Source of the DNA: Octopus bimaculoides | Lineage: Eukaryota | Assembly (NCBI RefSeq): GCF_001194135.2 | Contig: NC_068998.1 | Span: forward strand, 13,920,363-13,984,362 | DNA length: 64,000 nucleotides | Direction: 5' to 3' | Shown: positions 49,974 through 63,226 of the stretch, one piece after another | How positions within the stretch are numbered: the first letter of the stretch is position 1 | Layout of the letters: each line of letters begins with the position of its first letter | Notes under the pieces: generated by a model | Told to the model about the DNA's origin: nothing | Databases searched by the model: none | Seen by the model: only the letters and a program-made list of their open reading frames with translations | Made by a program: the position numbers and the translations under genes

Positions 49974-52900
49974 CTTAACATCTATAAGATTCCTTTCTAT
50001 TATAGGCACAAGGCCGGAAAAATGTTTGTGGGGGATGAAGGCAGTCAATTACATCAACCCCAGTGAACAACTGGTACTTATTTCATTGACCTTGAGAAAA
50101 TAAGAGGCAAAGTCGACCTCAGCAGAACTTAAACTCAAAACATAATGATGGACAAAATGCCACTAAGCATTTTCCCCAGCACAGTAACAGTTCTGCCAGC
50201 ATGCTGTGTTATTAACATCTGTAGTGTTGGTTTCAAACTTTGGCACAAGGCCAGCAAGTTCAGGTGATGGAGTAAGTCGATTACATTGACCCTAGTAAGC
50301 AACTGGTACTTATTTTATCAACCCTGAAAGGACGAAAGGCAAAGTCAGCTTTGGCAGAATTTGAACTCAGAACATAATGATGGACAAAATGCTGCTAGGT
50401 ATTCTACCTGACACAATAACAGTTTTGCCAGCTCACCAGCTTATTAATATCTGTAATATTAACCTGCTTTAATGGAACTTGTGCATTTGGGTGATACGCT
50501 TTAAACAACCTCAGCTATGTCTAAGAAATCTTTAATGTAATAATGAAATGATGTTAAGAGGATGTATAAATTTGTACATTAAAATATAAATAAGAAAATT
50601 CATAAAATGTGGTCCCAACACTTATCATCATCACCACCACCACCATTATCATCATCATCATCATCATCATCATTATTATTATTATTATTGTTGTTATTAT
50701 TATTATTACTATTAGGGATTGAATTGGCAGAATCAATAAAATGATAGATAAAATGCTTTGCAGTACTTAGATGTGTATGTTTAATGCTAAAAGTTTAAAT
50801 TCCACCAGGGCCAACTTTGCTTTTATCCTTTGGGGGTTAATCAAAAGAATAATGAAGGAGGGTGAAATTGGTCTAATTATGCACTTTCTCCTCAAATTTA
50901 TGACCTTCTGTCTGTATCAAAAAAATTATTATCAATTTTATAATTGACTAGCATCCTGTTCAGGAGATGGGGGATGGGTTACAATTTCAGTCATTTACAT
51001 GCCATGGAAAGTTGGTTAAGCTCTGGCCTTATGAAACACTTATCCCAGCAACTATCTTTGATGGTTCAGCTGTTTGCCCTGCCTGCATATTCGTAACCCT
51101 TTAAGTATTCAGATTACATTCTGTCAGATGTAATGTTTATTTATTCACACTGCTTTGAATTAATCATATATTATCTCATANNNNNNNNNNAGTTGTGAGA
51201 TTTCAATGTGCATTTTTGGGGGGGGGGATAGGTGTGTCATGAGCCGCAGGATTCATATGGGCCATGGCATATAAATGACTGAAATTCCCCACCCCCACAC
51301 TAAACAGGGTACTACTCAATTTCAAGTGTATCAATTCAAATGTTAGAATGATAGTCAAACAGTTATAAAAGTTAGCAATAATGTATGCTCAAATGTTGGT
51401 GAAAGTTACTCATGGTGTGTACAAGATATTAATTAGTATAGGTGATTTTTTTAATAAAATTATGCTAAAAGTAGGTGTAATAGATATGTAATAGAAGAAG
51501 AAATTAACATTAAAGGTGGTTTAATTAGGTAGTGATTATGGGAGAATGAGAACCTAGTTTCAAAATTTCCCCAAGACACCCGATGAAGGCTGGAGGGTAT
51601 GTCAACCAAAACATTGTCTCAACAAAAAAACAAGATGAGGACAAATATCCGTCAATTGTAAATGATGTACATGTCTGGTTATGGTGAAATATTACCTCGC
51701 TTGGAAACAGATGAGGGTTGGTAACATGAAGGGTATTTGGCCATAGAAAAATTTGCCTCAGAAAATTCCGTCAGACCCATGCATTAGATGATAATGAATG
51801 ATGATGGTGTATAGACACAATCTCACAGACACACGCATATAATTATTTTCTTGTTACATTTAAAACAAGGTTTTCTGTATCTACTTCGCTTAAGTTGTTC
51901 TAGCTGTAAAACTAAATGGTATTTAGTTTCACAGCTAGAACTTATATCTTCTGTATCATGGATTATTAAAATATAACAGCAAGCAACAGGATATTGGACA
52001 ATACATTTTGACGATACGTTATGATACAATACACTATATGATATTTACGCAACACAATAGGCTCAGGCAACCATGTGATCCTGGGTTCAGTTCCATTATA
52101 TGGCACCCTGGGCAAATGCCTTCTACAATAGCCCAGGGCCAACCACAGCCCTGTGAGTGGACGTGGTAGCTAGAAACTGAAAGAAACTCATTATATACAT
52201 ATACATAGGTCTGCTACATCTGGCCTGATCTAGGACCAAACAAACAACTACAACACTATTAACATAATATACACAGACCCACAAATAAAATATACATAAG
52301 CAAATCCATTTTATCTACGTGCAGCCACATCTTGTTACTCTTTATTTCAATATGATGGACAGTTTAGGCAGAAGATTTTCATCTAAATGTACATTTGAAG
52401 CAATGCCAACAGCAATAACCTAGTATGATTTTTTTAAAGTAGTACTTAAGTAGGTACTAATGCTATGAGTCAACAAGGGAGCCACTACATGGTTACAGGA
52501 TCTGCTGGATATAACAAATGAATGTTCTGTATAAAAAAAGATATGTTGGAAAACAGAAAATGTAGAAAGTGGGAAGAAACATTTAACATTCATTTTCCAT
52601 GCTAGCATGAGTTGGATGGTTTGACAGGAGTTGGCAAGTCAGATCACTGTGTCAAGCTCCACTGTCTGCTTTGGTATGGTTTCTATGGCTGGATGCCCTT
52701 CCTAATGCTAACCACGTTAGAGAGTGCACTGGGTACTTTTTACATGGCACCAGTAGCAGTGAGGTCACCAAATAATTTACAAGACAAGACCCTTTAACTG
52801 GGTGGTGGGGATAATACTGAGGAAGGTGGATTTGTGCCAGATGAGAGGTTAGAGTATGAGTAGAGGGGCAGAAATAGGGGTCTGGCAGTAAAGAAGATAC

Positions 52901-53179
52901 ATGTCTACCTCAGTAAGAGAGATCTGTATATCTATGTATGTGTGTATGCACCCTTGTCCAGACATCATGTGACAGTTGTAAATGAGTTTTCTGTGAAAAA
53001 CGTGTTTGACTATGTGCACATATTACCTCGCTTGGAAACAGGTGAGGAATGGTGACAGGAAAGGTATCCAGCCTTAGAAAGTCTATCTTAACAAATTCCA
53101 TCTGACTCATGCAAGCATGGAAAAGTGGATAGTAAATGACGAAGATGATGAGTACAGACAACATTCTTACATCATGGCA

Positions 53180-53810
53180 AAACATGACAATCAGGTGATA
53201 CAGTACCATGTGGCACAATAAGAAGTACTGACAACAAAGTCCAACAACAAACATTTTAGTACAATTAGATATCATACTACAAAGTATAACATAAATCATA
53301 GTATATGACAAAACAATACAGTATGACATTCAGATAACACAATATGACATTTGGACCACACTGTTTGGTATGACATTCACTCAACAAAATTTGGTTTTAT
53401 ATTTTGATAACATAGTACACTATGACATTCAGTAACTTAGTACATATGATATTTAGCTAACACAATGCAGTATGACATTAAATTACACAACATTCAGAAA
53501 ACACAGTACTTCAGTACTACAGTATGACAGCATATAACAATAGAGTATAGGATTTAGACAACACACTGTACAACATTCAGGCAACGCAGTACAGTAAGTG
53601 ATCATATAACACAGTATTACATCCAGGGATCACAGTACAGTATCACATTCAGGTAACACAGACTGTATGACATCATATAGCACAAGGTATAGTATGATAT
53701 CATTATAACAAAACACAGAGAGTATGACATTATATAACACTATAACAACACAGTACAGTATGACATTCAAACAGTACAGAGTGGCATTCAGGTAACACAG
53801 TAAATTTTTT
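53180..53810. repeat. Decayed ~22-27-bp minisatellite
   Basis: Recurring CAGTACAGTATGACATTCAG(G)TAACA-like units. Confidence 0.65.
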
Positions 53811-54423
53811 GTATATATATATATATTTTATAATACCATCGTCTGAAAAATCAAACGCTGGTGCTTCTACGCAGTCACTCAACCTACTAGGAATAGTAGC
53901 CAAACCTCCTTCGATGTACACCTTATTGTTTTAAATAAAGAAGGGTACATTAAATAATATAGTTACTGATGTATAAAAAATACAGGATGATTACACCCGA
54001 GGCGTCTTTGATCACAGGTCTTACTCGGTCAATAGTGACTTGGGGCTAAATGCACCTACAACATTACGCCACGCATAACATCGCACAACAACATTGTATA
54101 TCAGATAATATTGTACGACACAGTATGTCATCATAGAACACAAACAGTATGAAATCCTAAAACAAAGTAAAGAAATGTATCGTGAAAAACAAACCAGAAG
54201 ATAATGCCGGAAACAGTATATTAATATACGAAATAGGAAACACACTAACCAACAGACTTGCCCTCAAGTACATAGTGAGTTTTCAAGGGTAATTCGGGTA
54301 CAAACTCGAGTCCCTAATATCAGACAAAGCTGTATTTGTAGTTGCGACCCCGTGTAGTCAATTACTATTGCATCAACAGAATGGTCAGGTGGGTTTATAA
54401 AACAAGTAATCGTACGTCCTTAC

Positions 54424-54431
54424 GCAACCAT
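54424..54431 (-). CDS. Candidate first coding exon B of the TBC gene (MV A-)
   Basis: gacATGG start context in a CpG-rich patch, donor GC|gtaagg. 8 nt, phase 2, also compatible with the acceptor at 45703. Very short, so it could be a chance match. Confidence 0.3.
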
Positions 54432-54546
54432 GTCGTTTGACGACGTTATCGCTTAACTCGGCAATCTCACTCCCACAAGCCTTGTTATTAGTGACGAAAG
54501 ATGTCTCTAAGACGCACACAGGTACACACTCACGCACAGGTACACC

Positions 54547-54578
<32 letters not shown>

Positions 54579-55989
54579 GTAACAAAATCACACGTACTCA
54601 GTGAGTTCGGTAATAAGCAACAGAAAACAGAGAAGGCGTGGCAGCGGAGTTTGGTGTCCGTCATAGACATAAATAGCAAGGTATAACAATCCAATACCAG
54701 AAAGTTGTTATTCATTAAAATTTTCATTTGCTTTCTTAAATACCTTTTATTTTCAATGTATGTATATCCATGTGTTTCTATGCAATTAAACAGACATCAA
54801 TATTCCATTTAAAACAAGCCACCTAATTAAATGGTGCCTGCAATATATATATATATATATATATATCAGTATCTTCTTATAATATTAAACGTTACATGAG
54901 TGTTGTTGATTTTCTTTTCATTTTTTTGATATGAATAAAAGAAATCCAAACGAGACAATTACGTGATCAGATCTAATTATTCTATTGACGATGCGATTCT
55001 ATCGCCCTCCTCGTTATCAGTGTTTTATGACGGAACGTATTCGCTGGCGTTTAAAATAGAAAGAAAATAATTCAGCAACATGAATGTACTTGTTATTATC
55101 TACAGAAATACGCAGATAAGAGCACCAGTTTTGCAGAAATGCACACACGTGTTCACGCCCAGTTTTACGCAGGGAGCACATCTGCACAATGCACAAAGCT
55201 ACAAGAACTTTGATGCTGGTCTGTCAACAATAGCCGGCACATTACTGTGATGAAGAATAACTAGTTAAAATGAAGATAACAAGGAATTAAAACTTCCTAA
55301 AATATTGTTTTTGCAATGTACTCAGTAGAAGAAATGTCGAATATTTACCATTTTTATTTCGAACGGCGAAAAAAACTAAATAATATGACGATTCTTATTA
55401 CTTTGTGACGTGATAAACATCTAACTACAAAAGTGATTTCGTTTGATGGGGACACAGGAGGAGTGTATATTCAATTTTTCGCAGCACAGCATTTTTTTTT
55501 TTATAGTTAGGTCTGCAGAAAGGACTTGTGGTGTCAATGGCCATCTCGAGATCTCTTCAAGGTTGCTGAGAGAAATGCAGTTGATGCTCTTAGAAAACAA
55601 CTGCAAGTCGACGAGTGCAAGAAAACGCAAGTAAACAATGAGAGAATTCTAGTCGAATGGGACGACGCTCGGACTAATTTCAGTAGATTCGAAAAGAAAT
55701 TAAATACTAGAAAGCAATCGGATGCTCTACTATCTGCATTATTCTCCTTTTCATTTATCTATCGAAACAGGATTCCAGTCCGAAAGACAAGTTGTCCTGC
55801 AGAGAACTTGCTTACATTATAACAACATTCGACTGGAGAATCTGTTAAACTGGCTGACAGTGAGTGAAAAACACAGAAAAGTAGGGGGAAATGAATGCAA
55901 CATAGAATAACACGATTTCAGGAGCAAAATAAACGAACATAAATCAAAAATATTAGTTATGGAAACAAGCATGTAAATTGTCAACATAC

Positions 55990-56009
55990 GGATCACATGA
56001 TGACGCCAT
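55990..56009 (-). CDS. Candidate first coding exon A of the TBC gene (MASSCD P-)
   Basis: aaaATGG start context in a CpG-rich region, donor CC|gtatgt. 20 nt, phase 2, which matches the phase-2 acceptor at 45703 (CC+G=Pro). Inferred only; no transcript evidence. Confidence 0.5.
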
Positions 56010-56928
56010 TTTAATAGTCGAATCTATTCTTTCTAAAGTCTGCAATGCTTTCCGGTGCATACAAATCAGAATTCACTCTTTATATTTGACCGCCCAGTAA
56101 TCATAATTCTTCAATTATAAAAATTCCATTCAGTTTTAGGATGCGTTACAATAGTGGTTCTTAAACTGACAAATATCAGGGCCCCCACCAGAGAAAAAAA
56201 AAAGGATAAAAGAACTAAGTGAAACTTTAGGCCCCTCCCACTGTTTATTAATGAAAAGACACAACAGTTTGCAACCATGTAATTATTTCTTTGTTGTGGC
56301 GTTTGACAGGTTTAAAAAGTTTAAAACCATCTTAATTTTATCACACAATGTAGTTTGTCCACCATCCTTTTAAGTCTTTGCAGTATACCCCTAACTATGT
56401 GAAACACTGCAGTAGAGGACTATTAAATCAACCCCAGAATTCAACTGGTATTTTATTTGGTTAAATTATCTTATAGAAGCTTAAAATCTTCCATGTTCCC
56501 CTTCCAAGTTGTTTGTTTGTCATGGAAAGATTATCAGTTGTTATGATCCTTAGCATGCTTTAACCCATTGTTTCTCCATCTCCAAATAATAAAACACAAA
56601 CAGTCTTACAATTAAACCTTGGGAGAGGCATTATGCCGGTAATAAACACACGCACTGGTTCAGTCCTTTATTAATTTATATAGTTTTTTGGTTAAATCAT
56701 TTCATTGCACTCTTGCAATCTCTTTCAACACATGTATCCACATCAAGAATCTTGCACACGGAATACACATACGAAATACAAACAGTCTTAGCCTTCCTTT
56801 TAATATATTCCTTTGTCATATATGAAAAGATGCTGAGATACTGAGTAAAATAAAGATAGAAAATGTGTGGGGAAGTGATATTACAGCTCATCCATTAATA
56901 AATGCTTAAATTAAATGGAATCAACATG

Positions 56929-57164
56929 TCAACCCTTTAGTTACAATATTTCTGTTGAAATACACTGTCTTAATTGCAATTAATTTTTTAAATAATGAAG
57001 AATTTAGTGAAATAATTTTGTTATTATTAAGCTGATGTTTGGAATATAAATTAACATGAAATTTAATGGAAGATTTTAATTTAGATCATATTAAAACATG
57101 TGCTTTGATTCACAGAACCAGAGGGGGTGGGGTGTTACAGTTGGGTTGGCTTCAAAATGGTTAA
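56929..57164. mobile_element. piggyBac-like MITE, family 2, second copy
   Basis: TCAACCCTTTAGTTAC ... AAAATGGTTAA. Internal sequence is the reverse complement of 18562-18792. Confidence 0.5.
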
Positions 57165-59255
57165 TGCAATCAACCTGAAAATCTCAAATGTTATCTCTAC
57201 TATAAAAGCATAAAAAATACTCTTTCCTATTTATAAATGCACAAATATTCTTATATTTCTCCCATCTGCTGTCACACCTAAGTTTAATCTATGTTATATT
57301 TGCTTGAAGAAAGACAAGCAAATCAGCAGTAAACAACATCTAAAATTTTAAATTTTAAATGTTGTTATATAAAAAGTATTCAAATATTCACACTGAATCA
57401 CAAATGAAGAAGTCAGGCATTCTAACTGTAAAGGATTTCTTTAGGATTAATGTTTTCTCAATTATATGCAGCACCTTAGGTAATGAATTAATAAAATCAT
57501 CTAATATATAGTCACTTGAATTGCACTCTCTCATTAAACAGAAGATACAAAAGCATAAAAATGACCATAGGTTGGTAGCAAAGTACCTGAGAGCTCCTAT
57601 CCAAAATCTTAACATCAGGTATCAAGAAGATGTAAAAGGATAAAGACTCCCCTTTGGTTTGCACCTAGGAATTTACCCTATGAAATATAAGCCCAGGCAA
57701 GGTTGTTTATGGAAGACAAGCAGTCACCTATGCATACCAGCCTCCCCTCTCCACGCCACCAGTGTTATCCAAGGGAAAGGCAAAAGCAATACAGCACTAG
57801 TGACGGCACAACTCATTTCTACAGCTAAGTGAACTGGATCAACATGAAATAAAGTGTCTTGCTCAACACACAGCCCAGTTCAGGAATCAAACTCACTACC
57901 TCATGGTTGTGAGCCTGATACTCTAACCACTGAGTCGTGTGCCTTCACAAGAGTATGTATACATGTGTAAAAGTATTAACTCTCATACAATGTTTATCAT
58001 ACTGTTATGGGTTCTCTTATCAAAGACAACAGATAAGGGTTCTGTAATTTATTCTAGAACTTTTCACAGATGATTTGTTTAAAGGAATCAAATGCTTGTG
58101 TTGTACGTTGACTAACTTCCTCCATGAAATTGCCTATACAGATGCACCATGCTCTACACATCAAAGGTCAAAGTGATCACAGAGCAACATGAAAAGAAAA
58201 GTCTTGCTCAAGAACACAGTTCACGGTCCAGTCTGGGAACTAAAACCATAATCTTGTTACCGTGAGTGCAATACTGTACTGGTATCATTGATGGGTTGCC
58301 CAACCCATTAATGAGGTTTCCCTGAATAGAGTTCAATTCACTGATTATGTTTTTTTCTTTATCTTTCACTTTTTACTTCAGTCATTGGACTGTGGCCAAG
58401 CTGGGGTACCACTATGAGGGATTTATTTGAACATACTGACCCTGCTACTTATCATCATTATTATTATTATCATTATTACTATTACTTTTTTTTTAAGGTT
58501 TCATACTTATTCTATCAGTTACTTTCACTGATCTGCTAAATTACAGGAATGTAAACAAACCAACACTGGTTATCAAACAGTGGAAGGACAACACAAACAT
58601 ACACACAGATGCACACTTATATATATATATGACAGGCTTCCATACATTTCCATCAACACTCTCTAAGTGGTTGGCGTTAGGAAGGGCATCCAGCTGTAGA
58701 AACTCTGCCAAATTAGATTGGAGCCTGGTGTTGCCATCCGGTTTCACCAGTCCTCAGTCAAATCGTCCAACCCATGCTAGCATGGAAAGCGGACGTTAAA
58801 CGATGATGATGATGATGATGATGAAAATTCACTCATGAGACATTGGTCAATGCAGAGCTATAGTAAAAAAACACTTGAACAAAATGCTGCACAGTGGGAC
58901 TGAACACCAAACCATCTAGTTGCAATGGAAACACCTTAACCACACAGCCATACTCGTATCTCTGTGAGGTATTCATTCAATTGAGACAGAAATGCTGCAT
59001 TCAATATATCCCGTCCAAAATGAAATTCGAAAATCATTTTGTGTTTTGAAATTATCCATTCAAGGTATGAATTCAATAAATTCTTTTAACATTAAATATT
59101 AACAAGATTTTCTAAGATCATGGGGAAAGGAGTGTCATGTATCAACATGTGGGTGGCAACATTTCACAGAACAAATATTGGCCTACATTTTAGATACAAA
59201 TGGTTGAGCATACTGAATGAATTTTTATGTGTGAAAATACATTGTAAGTTTTGGG

Positions 59256-59290
<35 letters not shown>

Positions 59291-60037
59291 AGAGAGAGAG
59301 AGAGTGATAGATTATAGTACCATTTTAATATGGGCTTCAATGACATATATACTTCTGGAGAATACTTTAGATAGTTTTGCTGTACTCTTGAGATAGTAAT
59401 TAATAATACATAAAAAATTACAGGTTTGAAACTCAGACTCCAAAATATAAATTCTCACCTCTATTGCATATTTGTGGCTATCATCATCATTATTATTATT
59501 ATTATTATTATTATTAATATTATTATTATTATTGAGTGAGAGAGCATTGCATGCTATCAAAGTGACACTGGGATAAACAATACAAAGCCCAGTATACCCA
59601 TCATGACTACCCGTCTGATAAGGGTACACCAGGCACATGCATCACAACTATATGTGCGTGACATGGTGATCTTATACCACGATAAACAGCACATGACCTT
59701 GCAGGTAGGGCCCAGTTAGAATTTTCCTTGGGTCGAGTAGCCCATCCCACTCAAAAGGTCCCTGAATAAGGGTTATCTAAGGATGTTGAATGAAAGACTC
59801 ATGTTTCCAGAAGCAAATTATTCAATTCCCAGAGAATTCCTCTTAACACACAGCTATGGTGCTCCCCAACTACTTTTGCTTGTGATCAGAGATGCACATA
59901 TTGTCACTCCCCAATCATCATTTTGTGTTACATCAAGCAAATATCAGTAATACACCAGAGGTAATTTCATTAAAAACAACTCCTTCTGTCTCAGTGAAAA
60001 TTAGGCACATATTTAACTTAGTCGAAATAAATCAACA

Positions 60038-60187
60038 CTGTGTGGTAAATAGCTTGCTTCCCAACCACATGGTTCCGGGTTCAGTCCAACTGCGTGGCAC
60101 TTTGGGAAAATGTCTTCTGCTATAGCCTCAGGCCGACCAAAGCCTTGTGAGTGGATTTAGCAGACGGAAACTGAAAGAAGCCCATCG

Positions 60188-60236
<49 letters not shown>

Positions 60237-60432
60237 TTGTGTCTGTTTGTCCCTCCAACATCGCTTGACAACCGATACTGGTGTGTTTACGTCCCCGTAA
60301 CTTAGCAGTTCGGCAATAGAGACCGATAGAATAAGTACTAGGCTTACAAAGAATAAGTCCTGGGGTCGATTTGCTCGACTAAAGGCGGTGCTCCAGCATG
60401 GCTGCAGTCAAATGACTGAAACAAATAAAAGA
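60038..60432 (+). mobile_element. tRNA-headed SINE family A
   Basis: Aligns by eye to the 18002 and 35082 copies. Confidence 0.88.
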
Positions 60433-61826
60433 ATTTCATAGCACTGAAAATTGTAATTATAAGTAAAGCTATCATGGCTGCCATTCCTCTATTCATTATC
60501 TTCACTTTCAATTGTATTTTTCCTGATATATATGTTTATCTGTTACACATGTCACCCTAGTCAATCTACAGTTTCTGCAATATTTTCTTTTTCAATTACT
60601 TTTGTTCATTTATTCGGTTTTTATAATGATGTATTAATAGTTAGCTCTTATCTACCTGGTTGAATATATCTAGCTATTATGGACTTTTTATCTGTTGTGC
60701 ACACCTCTAGCTTATGCGCATCCCACTCCTATTAAACTGAAATATAGACATAAAGTCTAGTGGGTGCAGGCATGGCTGTGTGGCTGTATGGCTAAGAATT
60801 TCACTTCACGTTCACGTGGTTCAGGATTCAATTTCCTCATACAATGCACTGACCAAGTGTCTTCTGCCATAGCTATAGATTGACTTGTGTTTTGTGAGTA
60901 GAATTTGGCAGACAGCAGTGGCATGACAGGAGTATGCCCCACCTAGGGTAGCTCTTGAGTTTGGTAAACCACTCCACTGCATACAGGCTTATACAGCAGA
61001 CCCAAAAGTGCCATCCCTACAAAGAATCACCCAAGATGGACTGTCCATGTCACCCTCAACCCTAGCTATGCTCCTGGAAACCTGTTCCATACACACAAAC
61101 ATGACATCATCCTCATTTTTATATGGGTTTTAGTGGGGGGAGGGGTATGAACTCAACAAAACTGGTATGGACTCAACAAAACGTATTGAGGCTGTATTCT
61201 ACATCAGGATGCCCTTCTTGTCAACCTTATCTGTTTTTAAGTTGGCATGTTTTTCAATAGTCTTAACACACCAAAAGTGTTGAAACCAATGAGCTATGGG
61301 ACATACAATTTATGAGAGAAGTAACATAATAACTGTTTTATGCAAATGTACTTTGGAGTATAGTTGTTGTAATAGTAGAAGAGTTTTATACAGAGTTGCA
61401 CATGTACATGGATGAATGCAAATGAATGTCTATTGTCTTTGTGAGCAGAGAAAAGGTGATTCAGCCTATTTGAGACAATTCAGTGAAGATCACATGACTT
61501 CATGCAGCCTGTCTTCTGTCCAGAGAGAAATTAGAGAGAGAGAGAGAGAGAGAGAGAAACAGAAAGCCAGATAGATACACAGATAGATAGATAGATAGAT
61601 AAACAGATAAATATATAGACAGAGACAAATATATACATTGACACAGATAGACATGCCTACAGACATATAGACAAACAGAGACAGATATTACCATCGAGGA
61701 CTTTACTAAACCAGAAAACCTGATTTGCGTTAAGAGTACTTTGCTGATAATTAGATAAATTACTTAATTATTGATGCATTAAGCAAGTAACAATACAATC
61801 TCATTGCAGACATAAAAGACACACTA

Positions 61827-62085
61827 AGAGTTGCTGAAGTATGGAACAAACTGCTGGCATCAGTTGTTAGTTGTCGGAGCACTGCATCCTTCAAAACTTC
61901 TATGCTTCCTGAGATTCGCCAACACTACACCTGATTTTCTCCCCTCCATACACATGCAAGCATGTATCTGACTCATATATTGTTCACTTTCCAGACATTT
62001 GTGCATTACTGCATATGCTGTGTACGCACTTTTGACAAGTTGTAGTGCAGCTGAACACTGTATACAATAATTTCATTATTATATT
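61827..62085 (+). mobile_element. CR1/L2-type LINE 3' end fragment
   Basis: RVAEVWNKLLASVVSCRSTASFKTSMLPEIRQHYT* (stop 61932-34) resembles the CR1 ORF2 terminus RVVxxWNxLPxxVVxAxSxxxFK. Followed by a 3' UTR and (ATT)-like tail. Confidence 0.65.
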
Positions 62086-62903
62086 TAAATGATAATGATT
62101 TGTCTCAGCAAAAGAAAGATGTAAACAATTGCAAGGGAAGTAAACTAGTGCTGTCCATCAAAAATACTTTGTTATATTTGTTTCTCCAGAGTTACAAAGA
62201 TACACCCTTTGTCACATGCAGTAACATAAATGCAGTGAACTAGAGCCTAACCCATTGGGAATCTATAACAAATGACCCAATTATTCAAAATATGTCAGAT
62301 AAAATAAATAAACAAAAAGAAATGACAGAGTCGATAAGATATTGAATTGCCAGCTTATAAATCTTGACCTCAAAACTGTCAGTAACATGTGTAAGAGAGA
62401 GGGGGGGGAGATAGAGTTTGTGTATGTATATACACACACACACACATAAATACAAATATTTCTGTATAGATGTATATTTATGTTACATACTCTTTTACTT
62501 GTTTCAGACATTTGACTGCGGCCATGCTGGAGCACGGCCTTTAGTCAAACAAATCGACCCCGGGACTTATTCTTTGTGTGCCTAATACTTATTCTATCGT
62601 TCTCTTTTGCCGAACCGCTAAATTAAGGGGACATAAACACACCAGCATCGGTTGTCAAGCAATGCTAGGGGGACAAACACAGACACACAAACATACACAC
62701 ACACATATATACGACGGGCTTCTTTCAGTTTCCGTCTACCAAATCCACTCACAAGGCTTTGGTCGACCCGAGGCTATAGTAGAAGACACTTGCCCAAGGT
62801 GCCACTCAGTGGGACTAGAAATAATAGATATACATATGTAAATGTAAACATACAAGTGCGAACGCGTGTGTGTTTGTGTATTTGAGCATAAACATGTATA
62901 AAC

Positions 62904-63226
62904 TGGCACTCCGTCGATTACAACGATGAGCATTCTAGTTGAACCAATCATTAGAACAGCCTGCTCGTGAAATTAGCGTGCATGTGGCTGAGCACTCCAC
63001 AGACACTCATACCCTTAACGTAATTCTCAGGGAGATTTAGCGTGACACAGAATGTGATAAGGCTGGCCCTTTGAATTACAGGTACTACTCATTTTTGCCA
63101 GCTGAATGGATTGGAACAACATAAAATAAAGGGTCTTGCTGAAGGATACAATGCGCCGCCAGAAATCGAACTCGCGCCCTTACCATCATGAACCGAATAC
63201 CCTAACCACAGGCTACGCGCCTTAAC
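62904..63226 (-). mobile_element. tRNA-headed SINE (short head E + family-B tail)
   Basis: 14-bp TSD AAACATGTATAAAC (62890-903 / 63227-40). Same structure as the + copy at about 5426-5750. Confidence 0.88.

Larger units (their letters stand above)
54290..56110 (-). promoter_or_regulatory. CpG-enriched probable promoter/5' region of the TBC gene, with a YY1-like CGCCATTTT at 56004-56012
   Basis: CpG visibly denser than in flanking intronic DNA, few SINEs, YY1-type motif overlapping the candidate ATG. Inference. Confidence 0.4.

Noticed and set aside
55526-55822. 98-aa + strand ORF in the CpG-rich region
   Set aside because: Non-ATG start, no recognisable domain or splice partner; more likely promoter or 5' intron sequence.
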